Assembly: GCA_902628565.1 (NCBI GenBank)
Contig: CACONR010000002.1
Span: 13,732 to 77,731, forward strand
DNA: 64,000 nucleotides
From: an uncultured Pelagibacteraceae bacterium
GTDB taxonomy: Bacteria > Pseudomonadota > Alphaproteobacteria > Pelagibacterales > Pelagibacteraceae
Direction of reading: 5' to 3'
The notes below the pieces were generated by a model. It did not search any database. It had not been told where the DNA came from and saw only the letters and a list, made by a program, of their open reading frames with translations. The stretch's first letter is position 1. Each line of letters opens with the position of its first letter. Made by a program: the position numbers and the translations under genes. Shown piece by piece: positions 61,840 through 64,000 of this stretch.

Positions 61840-64000
61840 TTTTTATCAATACAAGTTTATCCTAATATATGCTCTAAGAGATTTAAAAAGGAATTATAAA
61901 AAAATCTCAAGTATAATTGTCACTCTGTTCATAAGTCTTTTTATATTAAGTGCAATATTTACTATTGAGGATAGTTTAAAAAAAGAACTCAAAGAAAATG
62001 CTAAAGAGCTTTTAGGTGGAGACGTAGAAATTGATTATAATAGAAATCAAGGAAATATAGATTTATTAAATAAAGTTAAGGAGTTTACAACTATATCAGA
62101 GATGGTTGAATTCAGCACAATGCTTTCGACAACAAATCGAAAAAAAAATAAATCTTTATTCACCAGAATAAAAACAGTTGATCAAAAATATCCTTTATAT
62201 GGTGAGTTAACTTATGAACCTGCTGATGCTTATGAAAGAATGCAAATTGAACCTTATACAATTTTAATTAATGAGAGTTTATCAAAAAGTTTAGATATCA
62301 AAACAAATGAAATTGTAAAAATTCAAGATCAAGAATTTCTCGTTATTGGTAAGATAAGATCTGTTCCAGATGTTAGTGGATTTGTGACTTTTGGAGATTG
62401 GGTTTTAACAGGTAAAAAAACATTAGAAATTTTAAAACTTAACGGAATAGGAAATTTTTTAAATTATGAGTACAAAGTAAAATTTAATAACAATGATGAC
62501 CCAGAAATAATTATAAAAAAAATTGAAAGTATTTTTAAAGATGATCAAAAGGTAAAAATTAGATATCCTGAAAATGCAGCAAGTGGATTGAAAAGAGTAA
62601 TTGGTAACTTTTCACAATTTTTATCTCTTGTCTCAATAAGTGCGATGCTAATCGCTGGTATTGGAATTGCTAATACCCTTTTGTCCTTCATAAATCAAAA
62701 TAACTTGTCTATAGCAGTAAGAAAGGCACTAGGTTTTTTTTCTGGTAATATTAAAAAACTTTATTATCTCCAATTAGTAATATTATTATTTATAATTACT
62801 ATTTCGGCGTATCTAAGTAGTCTATTAATTGTGCCATTAGCAGATAAATATTTGTCAAGTAGCTTTGGACTTAACATAAATTTATTTTTTTCTTTTTTTA
62901 ATTTTTTAAAAATATTTTTAATAGGTTTATTAGTTTTGGTAATTTTTTCAATTCCTACAATTAGTTCTATCGATCAAGTCAAAGCTTCAAGTTTATTTAG
63001 AAATGTATTCCAGAACTTACAATTTTATTACTCAAAAAAATTAATTGGTATGAGTATTATTATGCTATCGATTTTGATTTTAATATTTACTTACAGGTCA
63101 GAAAATCTTGCTTATAGTCTAGGGTATTTTGGGGCATTTTTTATTTGTTTGATTATCTTTTTTCTACTTTCAAAGTTAATTATATTTTCTTTAAAAAAGT
63201 TAAAATTTAATTCGAGTATTCCTCTAAAAGTATCTATAAAAAATATTACACAATCAAAAAGTATTACACCTATAACAATTATGTCTTTAGGCCTGGGTGT
63301 TACATTACTTTTGACCTTGGCATTAGTTGGAACTAACTTTAAAAGAGAGATAGCAAAATCAATACCTGACATTGCTCCTGATTATTTTTTTGTGGGTATT
63401 CAAAATGGAGAGCGTGAAAAGTTTAAACAAAGAATTTTATCAATGGATCCTGATGCAAATATTGAAATTGTGCCGATGGTATCTTCAGGAATAGTAAAGA
63501 TAAATGGTGTAAATCCAAATACATATATCACACCTGAAAATGATAGTTATTGGGTTATAGGCAGTGAACGTAGATCATCTTGGACAAAAAAAGTTCCTGA
63601 GGATAATCTAATTATTGATGGTAAGTGGTGGGATTTGTCTAAGCCAAACCAACTTCAGATATCATTGGATGCTAAGGTTGCAAAAGATTTTAATATTAAA
63701 TTAGGGGATATATTTACTTTAAATATCTATGGTAGAGAAATTGATGGTGAAATAGTCAACTTTAGACAAGTTGATTATAGAGATCTTAATATAAATTTTG
63801 CAATGCTCTTTAATCCTGATTTTGCAAAAAATATTCCTTATGAATATTTAGCAACCACAAAGTTCTATAGTTTAAATAAATTTGATGAGACAAAAATGCT
63901 TGAAATTTTGCCTAGTTTATCAATGATTAAAATTGCTGATTATTTAAATAAAGTAACAAATATATTAAATAAAGTTTTCATAGCAGTCATCGTCATATCA
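61823..64000 (+). CDS. FtsX-like ABC permease (YbbP-like), 3' partial
   Basis: ORF from ATG 61823 (MEKLNNFYQYKFILIYALRDL...LLGGD...YPLYG...) open to the window end; multiple TMs; tesA-ybbA-ybbP arrangement. Confidence 0.88.
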   Translation, partial: MEKLNNFYQYKFILIYALRDLKRNYKKISSIIVTLFISLFILSAIFTIEDSLKKELKENAKELLGGDVEIDYNRNQGNIDLLNKVKEFTTISEMVEFSTMLSTTNRKKNKSLFTRIKTVDQKYPLYGELTYEPADAYERMQIEPYTILINESLSKSLDIKTNEIVKIQDQEFLVIGKIRSVPDVSGFVTFGDWVLTGKKTLEILKLNGIGNFLNYEYKVKFNNNDDPEIIIKKIESIFKDDQKVKIRYPENAASGLKRVIGNFSQFLSLVSISAMLIAGIGIANTLLSFINQNNLSIAVRKALGFFSGNIKKLYYLQLVILLFIITISAYLSSLLIVPLADKYLSSSFGLNINLFFSFFNFLKIFLIGLLVLVIFSIPTISSIDQVKASSLFRNVFQNLQFYYSKKLIGMSIIMLSILILIFTYRSENLAYSLGYFGAFFICLIIFFLLSKLIIFSLKKLKFNSSIPLKVSIKNITQSKSITPITIMSLGLGVTLLLTLALVGTNFKREIAKSIPDIAPDYFFVGIQNGEREKFKQRILSMDPDANIEIVPMVSSGIVKINGVNPNTYITPENDSYWVIGSERRSSWTKKVPEDNLIIDGKWWDLSKPNQLQISLDAKVAKDFNIKLGDIFTLNIYGREIDGEIVNFRQVDYRDLNINFAMLFNPDFAKNIPYEYLATTKFYSLNKFDETKMLEILPSLSMIKIADYLNKVTNILNKVFIAVIVIS

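Noticed and set aside
1-64000. CRISPR array, IS element, rRNA or known riboswitch
   Set aside because: No repeat-spacer array, transposase or rRNA-like sequence seen; no spacer shows a recognisable riboswitch motif by eye, though a covariance-model scan was not run

Overview
Very AT-rich, densely packed alphaproteobacterial core-genome segment. Gene content, codon bias and minimal spacers are typical of Pelagibacterales (SAR11); this assignment is inferred, not searched. The window spans the probable replication origin (hemE/ppsR spacer, with a parS site inside rsmG and the parAB-rsmG-mnmG-mnmE-rho block). It also carries grpE-dnaK-dnaJ, leuS-holA, hslUV, the his operon, ftsK, tRNA-Gly(GCC), purH, an ActP-like symporter with acs, hem genes, folD and a TesA/ABC module. 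I found no mobile element, prophage or CRISPR array. The most notable observations are: (1) an unannotated 39-aa ArfA-like ribosome-rescue ORF behind a CenR-like regulator whose receiver domain looks eroded; (2) a flavodoxin-type hemG, with a divergent hemH, in the slot where alphaproteobacteria normally have hemJ; (3) two unannotated small proteins embedded in operons; (4) divergent genes whose start codons share one palindrome; (5) a perfect palindromic operator upstream of the major porin; (6) a Lys-rich N-terminal tail on Acs; (7) an orphan sulfotransferase. All product calls come from motif recognition and synteny; no database searches were run.
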